From Acidobacteriota bacterium (GTDB lineage: Bacteria; Acidobacteriota; Aminicenantia; Aminicenantales; Saccharicenantaceae), in the NCBI GenBank assembly GCA_039683095.1, contig JBDKSB010000012.1, positions 92,293 through 156,292 on the forward strand: 64,000 nt of DNA. The letters run 5' to 3'. This document shows, piece by piece, positions 47,642 to 57,737 of this stretch; the stretch's first letter is position 1; the number at the start of each line of letters is the position of its first letter. Below the pieces are notes generated by a model. That model had not been told where the DNA came from. It saw only the letters and a list, made by a program, of their open reading frames with translations, and made no database searches. The position numbers were made by a program, and so were the translations under genes.

Positions 47642-48020
47642 TTTTGATGGCGCCGGTCCTTCTTCCGCATCAGTCTGATCCCTCCGCCGAGCCTGGGCGG
47701 GAGCGGCAAGCTCATCTCTCTCCGAAGCGGATTGATCCGCCCGCAGACGTCGCGCCTTAAACGCCCGGCCTCCGGACCTTATCGAAACCGCCCGAAAACC
47801 CTGGGGGCGGATCGTCCGATCCAGGGCCCTTCGAATCCCGGGAGCGGCCTCCCGATCCGCCCGGCGCCTTGGATCCGCGGAAAGAACAGGCGAGGTCCAG
47901 ATTCAAAATTTCGCTTGCAATTCGTTTTTGTTGGCTGTTTATTATCGGATATATCAGACATAAACAATCGATTATGTGCGTTCTGCGCGATTTATTACCA
48001 AATTCTCAGGGAGGAGCTTC

Positions 48021-51000
48021 ATGAAGGTATCCTTGTCCCGTCCTCTGCTCGTTCTGCTAGCAGCACTCCTCGTCACGACCGCGGGCTACGCCCAGCGGCA
48101 GACCGGCTCGATCTCGGGCCGCGTCCTGGATGCGGAGAACAACCCGCTTCCCGGCGCGACCGTCAGCCTGTCGGGCCCGGCCATGATGGGGACGCAAGAC
48201 TTCGTTTCCTCCGAAACCGGCGCCTTCCGCTTCGCCGCCCTGTCGCCGGGCAGGGACTTCGAGCTCAAGGTCGCCCTGCCGGGCTTCAAGACGGTCATCC
48301 GGCCCGGACTCATCGTCGGCGTCGGGCGGACGACCGAGGTCGACATCGTCATGGAGATGTCCACGGTCTCCGAGGAGGTCACGGTGACGGCCCCCTCGCC
48401 CGTCGTCGACGTCCAGGCGACCAAGACCAACGTCAACTACAGCGCCCAGTTCCTGGCCAGCCTGCCCATGAACCGGGACCTCTATGACATCCAGAACTCG
48501 ATCCCCGGGGCCATCTCCGAGGGCGTCGAGTACCGCCGGACGTCGTCGATCCTCGGCGGCACGGTCCGCAGCCAGCTCTACGCCCTCGACGGCGTGCCCC
48601 TCAACGACCCGGCCACGAACTACTCGATGGCCAACATCAACGTCGACGTCTACGAGGAGATCGAGTTCGAGACCGGCGGCCACCCGGCCGAGGTCGGTCA
48701 GACCGACTCGACCTACGTCAACATCGTCACCAAGAGCGGCGGCAACAAGTTCAGCGGCGGCGTGACCTTCTACTACGCGAACAAGAACCTGGCCGAGAAC
48801 CTGATCTCCGACGAGCAGGTCCTGGCCCTGGGGGTCAATCCGCCCGAGAAGTTCACGGATTACAAGGACTTGTCCCTGAACCTCGGGGGACCGGTCATCA
48901 AGGACCGGCTCTGGTTCTTCGTCAACGGCCGCCGGCTGACGTACGAGCAGGCCAACCCGCTGACGCCCGAGAACCGCATGGCTAATCTCGGCATCGCCAG
49001 CACCCACTACGACATGAACCACCAGGAATGGCTTGGCTTCGGCAAGCTGACCTTCCAGATCACGCCCAAGCTCAAGTACTTCGGCATGCTCCACTACAAC
49101 CACCTCTACGAGCCGGTCTACAACAACAGCTTCGGCTCGGACGCCGACTTCTCCTACACGCGCATCTGGGACCACGAGAACACCTACACGACGACGCACC
49201 AGTTCAACTGGATCATCAACCAGGACACGTTCCTCGACATCCGCGGCACCTATGTCTGGCGCAACTTCCCCCTCCACTCGCGCAACGAAGGCGAGTACAC
49301 CTACTACGACAACACCCAGAAGGTCTATTGGGGGACGGCCGGCTACAACGACGATTACATCCGGAAAAAGACCCTGGCCTCGGTCTCGGCGACCCGCTTC
49401 CAGGACGACTTCCTCGGGGCCAGCCACGAGTTCAAGGCGGGCTTCGAGTTCGAGCAATCCGAGTATCACCGGGACTGGTACAGGGCCAACCCCTACTACT
49501 CCTACTGGGCCAACTACGCGACCGGCAACCCCTACTATTACAACACGAGCACACGCCAGGGGCGCCTGCGCATCCGGACCTGCCCGGACAGCGCCGGCCA
49601 GTGGGACGTCCAGGACCACATCCGCCGCTTCTCGGGCTATCTTCAGGACAGCGCCCGGACGGGCCGCTGGACCATCAACGTCGGGCTGCGGCTCGATTAT
49701 TCCTATCAGTACGAGCCGCCGCAGTCCCGGCCGGAGCTCCGCTATAACTACGGCCCCGAGCTGCTCAACCCGGTTTACGGCTCCGAGAATCCGAACATCC
49801 TGCTCGAGGCTCTCATCGATCAGATCCAGACCGACCCGGCGATGGGCATCTCGCCCTGGGACGCCCTGGCCCTGACCCAGACCAAGACGGTCGTCTCCTT
49901 CACCACCCTTTCGCCCCGGCTCGGCGTCGTCTACGACGTGTTCGGGAACGGCAAGACCGCGATCAAGGCCTCCTTCGGCCGCTACTACGAGCCGGTCTGG
50001 GCGTCCAAGTACAACGGCGGCCAGATCTTCGGCGCCACCACCTTCGATTTCCGTTGGAACGACCGCAACGCCAACGGTCTGATGGACCTGCCGGCCGACG
50101 GCGACACCTATGTCCTGAGCTCCTACCAGGAACAGGATCCGACATTCAACTACTACGCCGAGAACCTCAAGACCCCCTACACGATGGAGCTGTCGCTCGG
50201 CGTCGACCAGGAGCTGGCCAAGGACTTCCGGATCGGCGGGCAGTTCCTCTACAAGATCAGCAAGAACATCGTCGACGACGTCGACATGTACAACGGCTAC
50301 GACCCGACGCTGACCGACGAGAACGGGCTCGTCTGGCTGCCCTACGACGCGACCGATCCCGGCTGGGACGGCGTCTTCGGCACCGGCGACGACAAGACCA
50401 TCACGGTCTACGGCCTCCGCGATGACCGCCCCGTGCCGACCATGTACGGCGTCAATCCGGCCGGGGCCAAGCGGCAATACTGGGCCGGCATCTTGACCTT
50501 CGACAAGCGGATGAGCCACCGCTGGCAGTTCAAGGGCTCCATCCTCTACGGCCGGTTCAAGGGCAACTGCGACCCCGGCTACTCCGCCACCGAGGGCGAA
50601 TCGACGATGTTCGACGATCCCAACACGCTGACCTACGCCTACGGCTCGGTCTCCTTCGACCGGCCCTTCCAGCTCAAGCTAATGGGCACCTACGTCCTGC
50701 CCTACGACATCATCATCAGCGCCTACCTCCAGGCCCGGAGCGGCTCCGGCTGGGGACGGACCTTCGACCGCGTCTACTTCCCGAGCGGCTTCGGAGCCCA
50801 GTCGACGTACGCCAGCAGCATCCGGACCGAGCCCGACGGCTCGCGCTGGACGCCGTCCTACACCAACCTCGACCTCCGTCTGGAGAAGGAATTCGTCTTC
50901 GCCAAGAAGGTGAAGCTCAGCGTCTACGCCGACGTCTTCAACCTGGCCGGGCGCAGCGGCATCAACATCAACGAAAACCCTTACGCCCGCCTGTACTCGG

Positions 51001-51101
51001 CGGCGACCACGCCCTACCAGACATTGAGCACGACCTACAAGCAGATCACCAGCGTCTACGGCGTCCGTTCCGTCCGGCTGGGCGCCCGAGTCACGTTCTG
51101 A
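48021..51101 (+). CDS. TonB-dependent receptor with carboxypeptidase-regulatory-like N-domain
   Basis: RBS GGAGGAG. Signal peptide MKVSLSRPLLVLLAALLVTTAGYAQ. GRVLDAENNPLPGATVSL CarbopepD_reg motif. About 1026 aa. Confidence 0.85.
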   Translation: MKVSLSRPLLVLLAALLVTTAGYAQRQTGSISGRVLDAENNPLPGATVSLSGPAMMGTQDFVSSETGAFRFAALSPGRDFELKVALPGFKTVIRPGLIVGVGRTTEVDIVMEMSTVSEEVTVTAPSPVVDVQATKTNVNYSAQFLASLPMNRDLYDIQNSIPGAISEGVEYRRTSSILGGTVRSQLYALDGVPLNDPATNYSMANINVDVYEEIEFETGGHPAEVGQTDSTYVNIVTKSGGNKFSGGVTFYYANKNLAENLISDEQVLALGVNPPEKFTDYKDLSLNLGGPVIKDRLWFFVNGRRLTYEQANPLTPENRMANLGIASTHYDMNHQEWLGFGKLTFQITPKLKYFGMLHYNHLYEPVYNNSFGSDADFSYTRIWDHENTYTTTHQFNWIINQDTFLDIRGTYVWRNFPLHSRNEGEYTYYDNTQKVYWGTAGYNDDYIRKKTLASVSATRFQDDFLGASHEFKAGFEFEQSEYHRDWYRANPYYSYWANYATGNPYYYNTSTRQGRLRIRTCPDSAGQWDVQDHIRRFSGYLQDSARTGRWTINVGLRLDYSYQYEPPQSRPELRYNYGPELLNPVYGSENPNILLEALIDQIQTDPAMGISPWDALALTQTKTVVSFTTLSPRLGVVYDVFGNGKTAIKASFGRYYEPVWASKYNGGQIFGATTFDFRWNDRNANGLMDLPADGDTYVLSSYQEQDPTFNYYAENLKTPYTMELSLGVDQELAKDFRIGGQFLYKISKNIVDDVDMYNGYDPTLTDENGLVWLPYDATDPGWDGVFGTGDDKTITVYGLRDDRPVPTMYGVNPAGAKRQYWAGILTFDKRMSHRWQFKGSILYGRFKGNCDPGYSATEGESTMFDDPNTLTYAYGSVSFDRPFQLKLMGTYVLPYDIIISAYLQARSGSGWGRTFDRVYFPSGFGAQSTYASSIRTEPDGSRWTPSYTNLDLRLEKEFVFAKKVKLSVYADVFNLAGRSGININENPYARLYSAATTPYQTLSTTYKQITSVYGVRSVRLGARVTF

Positions 51102-51113
51102 CCGTTCATTCCG

Positions 51114-51139
51114 GAGGGGGGACCAGCGGGTCCCCCCTC
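51114..51139 (+). terminator. Hairpin GAGGGGGGACC-agcg-GGTCCCCCCTC
   Basis: 11-bp perfect stem 12 bp after the receptor stop. Confidence 0.6.
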
Positions 51140-51165
51140 CCATCTTTCCTGAGGATGAGTTCTCC

Positions 51166-52785
51166 ATGATCCAGCCGGCTGCCATCGTCAAGCGGACAGC
51201 GGCGCTCCTGGCCGCGCTCCTCCTCCTTCTCGCCCTTCCGGCCCCGGCGCGGGCCGAGGACTGCACGACGGCCGTCGTCTCCGGCGCCGCGACGCCGGAC
51301 GGCCGCCCCCTGCTCTGGAAGAACAGGGACGTCGACAACCAGGACGTCAAGCTGGCCTACATCTCCGACGGCCCCCTGGCGGCCGTCGCCCTGGTCGACG
51401 TGGGCGGCTCCGCCTCCGTCTGGATGGGGGTCAACGAGGCCGGATTCGCCGTCGAGAACTCGAATTCCGAGGATCTCGAGGGGACCTCGAACGGCGGGAA
51501 CGGATCGTTCATGAGGCAGGCCCTGCTCACCTGCGCGACCGTGGACGCCTTCGAGGCCCTGCTCGTCCAGACGAACGCGACCGGGCGCTCGACCCAGGCC
51601 AATTACGGCGTCATCGACGCCTCCGGGGCCGCGGCGATATTCGAGGTCGGCAATCACACCTACCGCAAGTACGACGCGGCCGATCCGGAGGATGCGCCCA
51701 TGGGGTTCATCGTCCGGACGAACTTCGCCTTCACCGGCGACGGCTCCGGAACGGGCCAGGTCCGCTATGACCGGGGCGTCGAGCTCCTCAACGGGGCGGC
51801 CCTGGCGGGCGGCCTGACGCACGACTTCCTGCTCCGGCGCGCGGCCCGCGACCTCAAGAACGACGCCGTCGATCCCTATCCCCTGCCCTACGAGTCCGGG
51901 CAGGATGGCCGCCCGGCGGGCTTCATCCGGACCGTCTATTCGATCAACCGGACCTCGACGGCCGCCGCCGCGGTCTTCCGCGGCGTCCGGAGCGGCGAAG
52001 AGCCCGGGCTGACGACCATGTGGACGATCCTCGGCGAACCCGTCTGCTCGGTCGCCCTTCCCGTCTGGCCGCTGGCCGGCGCCGTGCCGGCCGGCCTCGG
52101 CGGGACGTCGCGGGCCCCCCTCTGCGACGCGGCCATCGTCCGGAAGGGCCTCTGCTACACCCTGCCGACCAGCCCGGATTACATCGACACGAAGGCTCTC
52201 GACGACGGCCTCGGCGGCGGCATCTTCGCCTGGACGGCGGCGATCGAAGACTGGGCGCTGGCCCGGGCGGAAGCGGCCCTGTCCGGATGGCGCGAAGCCC
52301 CGCCAACGCCTCAGGCGGCCGCCGGATTCCAGGACGAGCTGGCCCGGCAGGCTTATTGGTGCTTCCTGGCCTCGTCCGTCCCCAACGACACTCTTCCGGC
52401 GCCGCGGGAGCTGGCCTGCCGCGTGCGCGAGAACCGCTCGCTCATCCTCCGCGAATACGTCCACGTCCTGACCTGGCTCGCCCCGGTCGCGGGATCGCCG
52501 GCCGCCTACAGGATCTACGACGTCACCGCAGGCGGCCGGACGCTCTTGGCCGAGGTCCCCGCCGGGACCCTTTCGTATCTCCGGCGGCGAGTGGACCGGA
52601 CTGCGGGAACGGCCTACGCCGTCCTGGCCGTGGACGCGACGGGAGCCGAGGGCAGCCCGGCCTGCCTCGGGCCCGGCGCCGCGGCCGCGACGGTCGCGGG
52701 ACCGGCCTCGCGCTCCGTCCGCCCGCGCAAAGCGCTGCAGGGGACGTCGACGGCCCTCCGCAAGCTCGGCCAGGCCGGCGCTTGA
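51166..52785 (+). CDS. Secreted Ntn-hydrolase (peptidase C69 dipeptidase / choloylglycine-hydrolase-like)
   Basis: Signal peptide ending AEDC, then CTTAVVSGAATPDGRPLLWKNRD, the N-terminal nucleophile Cys pattern of C69/Ntn enzymes. Confidence 0.6.
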   Translation: MIQPAAIVKRTAALLAALLLLLALPAPARAEDCTTAVVSGAATPDGRPLLWKNRDVDNQDVKLAYISDGPLAAVALVDVGGSASVWMGVNEAGFAVENSNSEDLEGTSNGGNGSFMRQALLTCATVDAFEALLVQTNATGRSTQANYGVIDASGAAAIFEVGNHTYRKYDAADPEDAPMGFIVRTNFAFTGDGSGTGQVRYDRGVELLNGAALAGGLTHDFLLRRAARDLKNDAVDPYPLPYESGQDGRPAGFIRTVYSINRTSTAAAAVFRGVRSGEEPGLTTMWTILGEPVCSVALPVWPLAGAVPAGLGGTSRAPLCDAAIVRKGLCYTLPTSPDYIDTKALDDGLGGGIFAWTAAIEDWALARAEAALSGWREAPPTPQAAAGFQDELARQAYWCFLASSVPNDTLPAPRELACRVRENRSLILREYVHVLTWLAPVAGSPAAYRIYDVTAGGRTLLAEVPAGTLSYLRRRVDRTAGTAYAVLAVDATGAEGSPACLGPGAAAATVAGPASRSVRPRKALQGTSTALRKLGQAGA

Positions 52786-52868
52786 CGACGCCGCTCCCCT
52801 CGCGTGATGAGACGCCGTTTGGCAAGGCCGCATCCTTGTCATACAATAAGGCCCTTCGGACCGGACGC

Positions 52869-54998
52869 ATGAAAGCGCACAGACCGCCGCGGACGTTGCT
52901 CATCGCCGCCGCGCTGGCCCTTCTCGCCGGGGCCGTCCGGCCGGGCCGGGCCGAGGGCCGGCGAGCGAACCTGCTGCTCATCACCGTGGACACACTGCGG
53001 GCCGACCGGCTGAGCTGCTACGATCCGGCCCATGTCGCCACGCCTGCCATGGACGGGCTCGCGGCCTCGGGCCTGATCTTCGACCGCGCCTTCTCGCACG
53101 TCCCGCTGACCCTGCCGGCGCACGCCAGCCTTCTCCTCGGCATGACGCCGCCGGCCCACGGCGTCCGCGACAACGGCCGCTTCGTCGCCGCCGAAGGGTC
53201 CTTGACGCTGGCCGAGCTGCTGAAGTCGCACGGCTACGCCACGGCGGCTTTCGTCGGCGGCTATCCCCTGCACTCCCGCTTCGGCCTGGCCCAGGGCTTC
53301 GAGGTCTACGACGACCGGTTCGCCGCGGCCCCGGGCCTGGGCCGGGAATTCGCCGAGGCCCCGGCCGGCGCCGTCGCCGACAAGGCCCTGGCCTGGCTCG
53401 AGGGCCGGCGCGAGCCCTGGTTCCTCTGGGCCCACTTCTACGATCCGCACGATCCCTACGACCCGCCGGAGCCGTACCGGTCGCGGTTCAAGGACGCCCC
53501 CTACGACGGCGAGGTGGCCTACGTCGACGCGACGATCGGCCGCCTCCTGGCCCGCCTCCGGGACCTCGGCCTGCAGGGAAGGACGGTGATCGTTCTGACC
53601 GGGGACCATGGCGAATCCCTCGGCGACCACGGCGAGCTGACGCACGGCTTCCTGGCCTGCAACTCGACGCTGTGGGTGCCGCTTGTCATCGCCGCGCCGG
53701 CCGTCCGGCCCGGCCGGACCGGCGAAGTCGTCTCCCACATCGACGTCTTCCCGACCGTCTGCGATCTCCTGGCCATCCCCAAGCCCGCCGGGCTCGAAGG
53801 ACGGTCGCTAGCTCCCGCCCTGGCCGGCCGGAAGCTGGCGCCCGCGCCGGTCTACTTCGAGTGCCTCTCGCCCTACTACGGCCGGGGCTGGGCGCCCCTG
53901 CGCGGTTTTCTCGACGGGCGCATGAAGTTCGTCGATTCGCCCGTGCCCGAGCTCTACGATCTCCGCGGCGACTTCGGCGAGGCCCGCAACCTGGCCGCCG
54001 GCCGGGACCTGTCGGCCTACCGCAAGGCCCTGGCGCGGCTGGCCCGGGAGGATATGCCGGTCGGCGGTTCCGGGACGGGGGCCAAGCTCGACGCGGCGGC
54101 CGTCGAGCGGCTGCGCAGCCTGGGCTACGCGGCCGGGCCGGCCGCGCCGAAGAAGGCCGCCTTCGGACCGGCCGATGACGTCAAGGCGCTCCTCCCCCAT
54201 CACACCAAGGCCATGCGGGCCCTCGTCCTGAGCCGCGATGGCCGGGCCGGTGAGGCCGTCAGGATGCTCCAGGAGGTCATCGCGGCCCGGCCGGATCTCG
54301 ATGTCGCCCGGGTCAACCTGGCCCTCGTCTACGAAGCCGCGGGCCGGACCGGCGAGGCCCGGCAGGTGCTCATGGAAAGCCTCCGCGCCCTGCCTGAAAG
54401 CTACGACGTTTTCGCCCACGCCGCGAGCTTTCTCATCGCGGCCGGCGAGTTCCGTGAGGCCGCCTCGCTCATCGAATCCCGTTCCCTGCCGCAGATGGAG
54501 AGCGACCCGAAGATCTGGGTCGACCTCGGGCTCTGCTGCAGGAACCTGAAGGATTATGCCAAGGCCAGGACCGCCTATGAAGCGGCCCTGGCCGTCGACC
54601 CGACGTATCCCGTCGTCTATAACAACCTGGGGACGCTCGAGCTCGCCCTCCTCGAGGAAGGCCGCGATCCCGGCGCGGCCGGGAAGGCCGCGGCCCACTT
54701 CGAGAAGGCCATCGCCCTCGATCCCGGCTACGCCGCCGCCTATTACGGGCTGGGCCAGGCGCGCTACCGGGCCGGACGCCTCGACGAGGCCATCGCCGCC
54801 ATGACGGCGGCCGCCGCCCTCGATCCCGGGCTTCTGGACGCCAAGTTCTATCTGGGCCTGGCCCTTTACCGGCAGAAGCGCTTCGCCGAGGCCCTCGGCC
54901 CGCTCGTAGCCTACCGGGAGAAGGCCGGGAGCGATCTCGACGCCGCCGACCTGAGGAAGCTCGACGGGATAATCGCGGAATGCCGAGCCCGGAAATGA
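52869..54998 (+). CDS. Sulfatase-family (alkaline-phosphatase superfamily) enzyme fused to C-terminal TPR repeats
   Basis: Signal peptide. LLITVDTLRADRLSCYDP (CxxxR-like formylglycine context), GDHGE, C-terminal TPR units. Confidence 0.75.
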   Translation: MKAHRPPRTLLIAAALALLAGAVRPGRAEGRRANLLLITVDTLRADRLSCYDPAHVATPAMDGLAASGLIFDRAFSHVPLTLPAHASLLLGMTPPAHGVRDNGRFVAAEGSLTLAELLKSHGYATAAFVGGYPLHSRFGLAQGFEVYDDRFAAAPGLGREFAEAPAGAVADKALAWLEGRREPWFLWAHFYDPHDPYDPPEPYRSRFKDAPYDGEVAYVDATIGRLLARLRDLGLQGRTVIVLTGDHGESLGDHGELTHGFLACNSTLWVPLVIAAPAVRPGRTGEVVSHIDVFPTVCDLLAIPKPAGLEGRSLAPALAGRKLAPAPVYFECLSPYYGRGWAPLRGFLDGRMKFVDSPVPELYDLRGDFGEARNLAAGRDLSAYRKALARLAREDMPVGGSGTGAKLDAAAVERLRSLGYAAGPAAPKKAAFGPADDVKALLPHHTKAMRALVLSRDGRAGEAVRMLQEVIAARPDLDVARVNLALVYEAAGRTGEARQVLMESLRALPESYDVFAHAASFLIAAGEFREAASLIESRSLPQMESDPKIWVDLGLCCRNLKDYAKARTAYEAALAVDPTYPVVYNNLGTLELALLEEGRDPGAAGKAAAHFEKAIALDPGYAAAYYGLGQARYRAGRLDEAIAAMTAAAALDPGLLDAKFYLGLALYRQKRFAEALGPLVAYREKAGSDLDAADLRKLDGIIAECRARK

Positions 54999-55001
54999 AA
55001 C

Positions 55002-56024
55002 ATGGAGGTTGACATGCGTTGCTGCTCACGCCGCGCGGCCGTCCTCGCGGCGGCTGTCGCTCTGGCCTTCGCCTGCGCCCTGACGGCCGCCCCGCCGCTC
55101 GCGGCCCAGGAGAACATCGGCCGCGGCCGGATCACCGGCCAGGTCGTCGACGAGACGGGCCAGCCACTGGCCGGGGCGAAGATCGTGGTCCAGATCGTCG
55201 ACGGGACGACCCGGCTCGAAGGGATGTCGGACAAGAAGGGCCGCTTCGCCGTGGCCGGCATGGGCACGGGACGGTGGCGCGTCACGGCGACCCTCGAAGG
55301 CCATGCCGACTCGTTCGTCGAGATGTCCATCAGCCAGGTCCGGCCCAATCCGGCCGTCACGCTGACGCTGAAGAGCGCCGGCGGCCGGGGGTTCCAGGCC
55401 GACCCCGAGAGCCTGGCCGCCCTCGACCGGGCCACCGCCCTCGAAAAGGAGGGCCGGCTCGACGAGGCCCTGGCCGAGCTCGAGGGCTTCCTTCGGAAGT
55501 ACCCGGACATCTTCCAGGTCCGGACCAACCTCGGCGCCATCCGCCTCGAGAAGGGCGACCTGGCCGGCGCCGAAGCCGAGTTCCGGGCCGTCCTGGACGC
55601 GACCGCCGGGGCGGCGGGCCAGCTGCCCAAGGACAAGGCCTCGGCCGCCCGCGCCTTGACCGGCCTGGGCGAGGTCGCGCTCAAGAAGGACGACCTCGGG
55701 ACCGCGGTCCGGTCCTTCAGCGACGCCCTGGCCCTCTCGCCCGACGACGAGGCCGCGGCCTACAACGTCGGCGAGATCCTGTTCTCGAACCAGAGGATCG
55801 ACGAGGCCATCAGCTACTTTGAAATGGCCATCCGGATCAACAAGGATTGGCCCCGGCCCTATCACAAGCTCGGGTTCGTCCATCTCAACAAGGGCGAATA
55901 CGACCAGGCCCTCGAGTTCTTCCGTAAGTTCCTCGAGCTCGACCCCGAGGGCCCGGAGGCGCCCGCCGTCAAGAACGTCATGGAGGCCATTGCCAAGATG
56001 AAAAAGTCCGGAGAGCCCCGATGA
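55002..56024 (+). CDS. Secreted CarbopepD_reg-like domain plus TPR protein
   Basis: GRITGQVVDETGQPLAGAKIVV...DKKGRF, then TPR units. Start may be 55014. Confidence 0.6.
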   Translation: MEVDMRCCSRRAAVLAAAVALAFACALTAAPPLAAQENIGRGRITGQVVDETGQPLAGAKIVVQIVDGTTRLEGMSDKKGRFAVAGMGTGRWRVTATLEGHADSFVEMSISQVRPNPAVTLTLKSAGGRGFQADPESLAALDRATALEKEGRLDEALAELEGFLRKYPDIFQVRTNLGAIRLEKGDLAGAEAEFRAVLDATAGAAGQLPKDKASAARALTGLGEVALKKDDLGTAVRSFSDALALSPDDEAAAYNVGEILFSNQRIDEAISYFEMAIRINKDWPRPYHKLGFVHLNKGEYDQALEFFRKFLELDPEGPEAPAVKNVMEAIAKMKKSGEPR

Positions 56025-57709
56025 TCGCCGGGGGATCCTTTGTCCGCCGGGCGGCCGGTCCGGCCGCCGTCCTCCTCCTCGGCCTGTCGGCCGCCTGCGC
56101 CGGGAGCCGGCCGGTCGGTCCGGGCGACGTCGTGGCCGGCCGGGCCATGGTCGCCTCGGCCCACCCCGCCGCCACGGCCGTCGGCCTCGAGATCCTCAAG
56201 AAGGGCGGCAACGCCGTCGATGCCGCCGTGGCCACGGCTTTCGCCCTGAGCATGGCCGAGCCGAACGCCTCGGGCGTCGGGGGCGGCGGCTTCATGATCA
56301 TCAAGATGGCCGGCCAGCCCGGGGCGGTCATGATCGATTACCGGGAGACGGCCCCCCGCAACGCGACGCCGGAATATTACTACGGGGCGGGCCCGTCCTT
56401 CGACGCCCGGACGGCCGAGGGGCCGGACGCGGTCGGCGTGCCCGGGCTGGTCGCCGGCGCCGCCCTGGCCCTGGACAAGTACGGCACGATGAGCCTGGCC
56501 CGGGTCCTCGAACCGGCCATCCGGCTCTGCCGGGAGGGCGTCACGGTCAGCCCGAAGCTCAACGGGATGATCGTCGAGAACATGGAAAAGATCCAGAAAT
56601 ACCCGGCCGCGGCGGCCATCTACCTGCCGGACGGCCTGCCGGCCGAGCCAGGGGCCGTGCTTCGCAACGAGGACCTGGCCGTGACGCTGGAGAGGATCGC
56701 GGCCGGCGGGCCGCGCGTCTTCTACGAAGGCCCGACGGCCGAGGCTGTCGCCGCCGAGCTCCGGCGGCTGGGCGGGGTCATGGAGGCCGCGGACCTAGCC
56801 GGCTACCGGGCCAAGCTCCGGACACCCGTCACCGGGACCTACCGCGGCTACGAGATCCTGTCGGCGGCGCCGCCGACGGGCGGCGGCACCCACCTCGTCG
56901 AGCTCCTGAACATCATCGAGGGCTTCGACGTGAAAAGCATGGGTCCGGGGAGCGCCCGGCTCATCCACGTCCTGGCCGAGGCCATGAAGATGATCTACGC
57001 CGACAAGGCCGTCAATTCCGGCGACCCCGACGTTTTCGACATCCCCGTGGCCGCACTGACCGACAAGGCCTACGCCGCCAGGCTGCGGGACCGGATCGTC
57101 GAGGCGAAGGCCCGCTTCGATTACGCCCCGCCTTCGCTCGTCGGCAGGGAGAGCGAGAGCACCTCCCACCTGTCCGTCGCCGACGAGAAGGGCAACGTCG
57201 TCGCCCTGACCCAGAGCATCAACAGCTTCTTCGGCTCGGGCGTCGTCGTCCCCGGCACGGGCATCATCCTCAACAATCACCTGGCTGATTTCGACAGCCA
57301 GGCCGGCGGCCCGAACGCCATCGGCCCGGGCCGGCGCCCGGCCAGCAGCATCGCCCCGACGGTGGTCTGCCGGTCCGGGAAGCCGGTCCTGGTCCTGGGC
57401 TCGCCCGGCGCGGCCCGGATCGTTTCGGCCCTGGCCCAGATCGTCATCAACTTCGTCGATTTCGGCATGGGCCTGGACGAAGCCATCGAGGCGCCGCGGG
57501 TGCACTGCCTGACAAAAACCCTGGCCGTCGAGGGGCGCATCCCCGGCGAGGTCGTCAAGACGCTCGAGTCCTGGGGGCACAAGGTCAAGGTCTATCCGGA
57601 CTGGGACAACTATTTCGGGGGAGCCCAGGGGATCTTTCTCGACGCCCGGGCCGGGAGGATCTGCGGCGCGGCCGACTCCCGCCGGGACGGCGCGGCCGCG
57701 GGCTATTGA
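56021..57709 (+). CDS. ggt: Gamma-glutamyltranspeptidase
   Basis: Signal peptide. Autocleavage and nucleophile site TSHLSVADEKGNVVALTQSIN. GGT-family small-subunit motifs. Confidence 0.9.
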   Translation: MIAGGSFVRRAAGPAAVLLLGLSAACAGSRPVGPGDVVAGRAMVASAHPAATAVGLEILKKGGNAVDAAVATAFALSMAEPNASGVGGGGFMIIKMAGQPGAVMIDYRETAPRNATPEYYYGAGPSFDARTAEGPDAVGVPGLVAGAALALDKYGTMSLARVLEPAIRLCREGVTVSPKLNGMIVENMEKIQKYPAAAAIYLPDGLPAEPGAVLRNEDLAVTLERIAAGGPRVFYEGPTAEAVAAELRRLGGVMEAADLAGYRAKLRTPVTGTYRGYEILSAAPPTGGGTHLVELLNIIEGFDVKSMGPGSARLIHVLAEAMKMIYADKAVNSGDPDVFDIPVAALTDKAYAARLRDRIVEAKARFDYAPPSLVGRESESTSHLSVADEKGNVVALTQSINSFFGSGVVVPGTGIILNNHLADFDSQAGGPNAIGPGRRPASSIAPTVVCRSGKPVLVLGSPGAARIVSALAQIVINFVDFGMGLDEAIEAPRVHCLTKTLAVEGRIPGEVVKTLESWGHKVKVYPDWDNYFGGAQGIFLDARAGRICGAADSRRDGAAAGY

Positions 57710-57737
57710 GATCTCGAAACGAACGGAGGCTGATATC

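Noticed and set aside
48057-50519. 820-aa minus-strand ORF inside the second TonB-dependent receptor gene
   Set aside because: Antisense artefact (V/G/D/L/R-rich). The plus-strand receptor is strongly supported.
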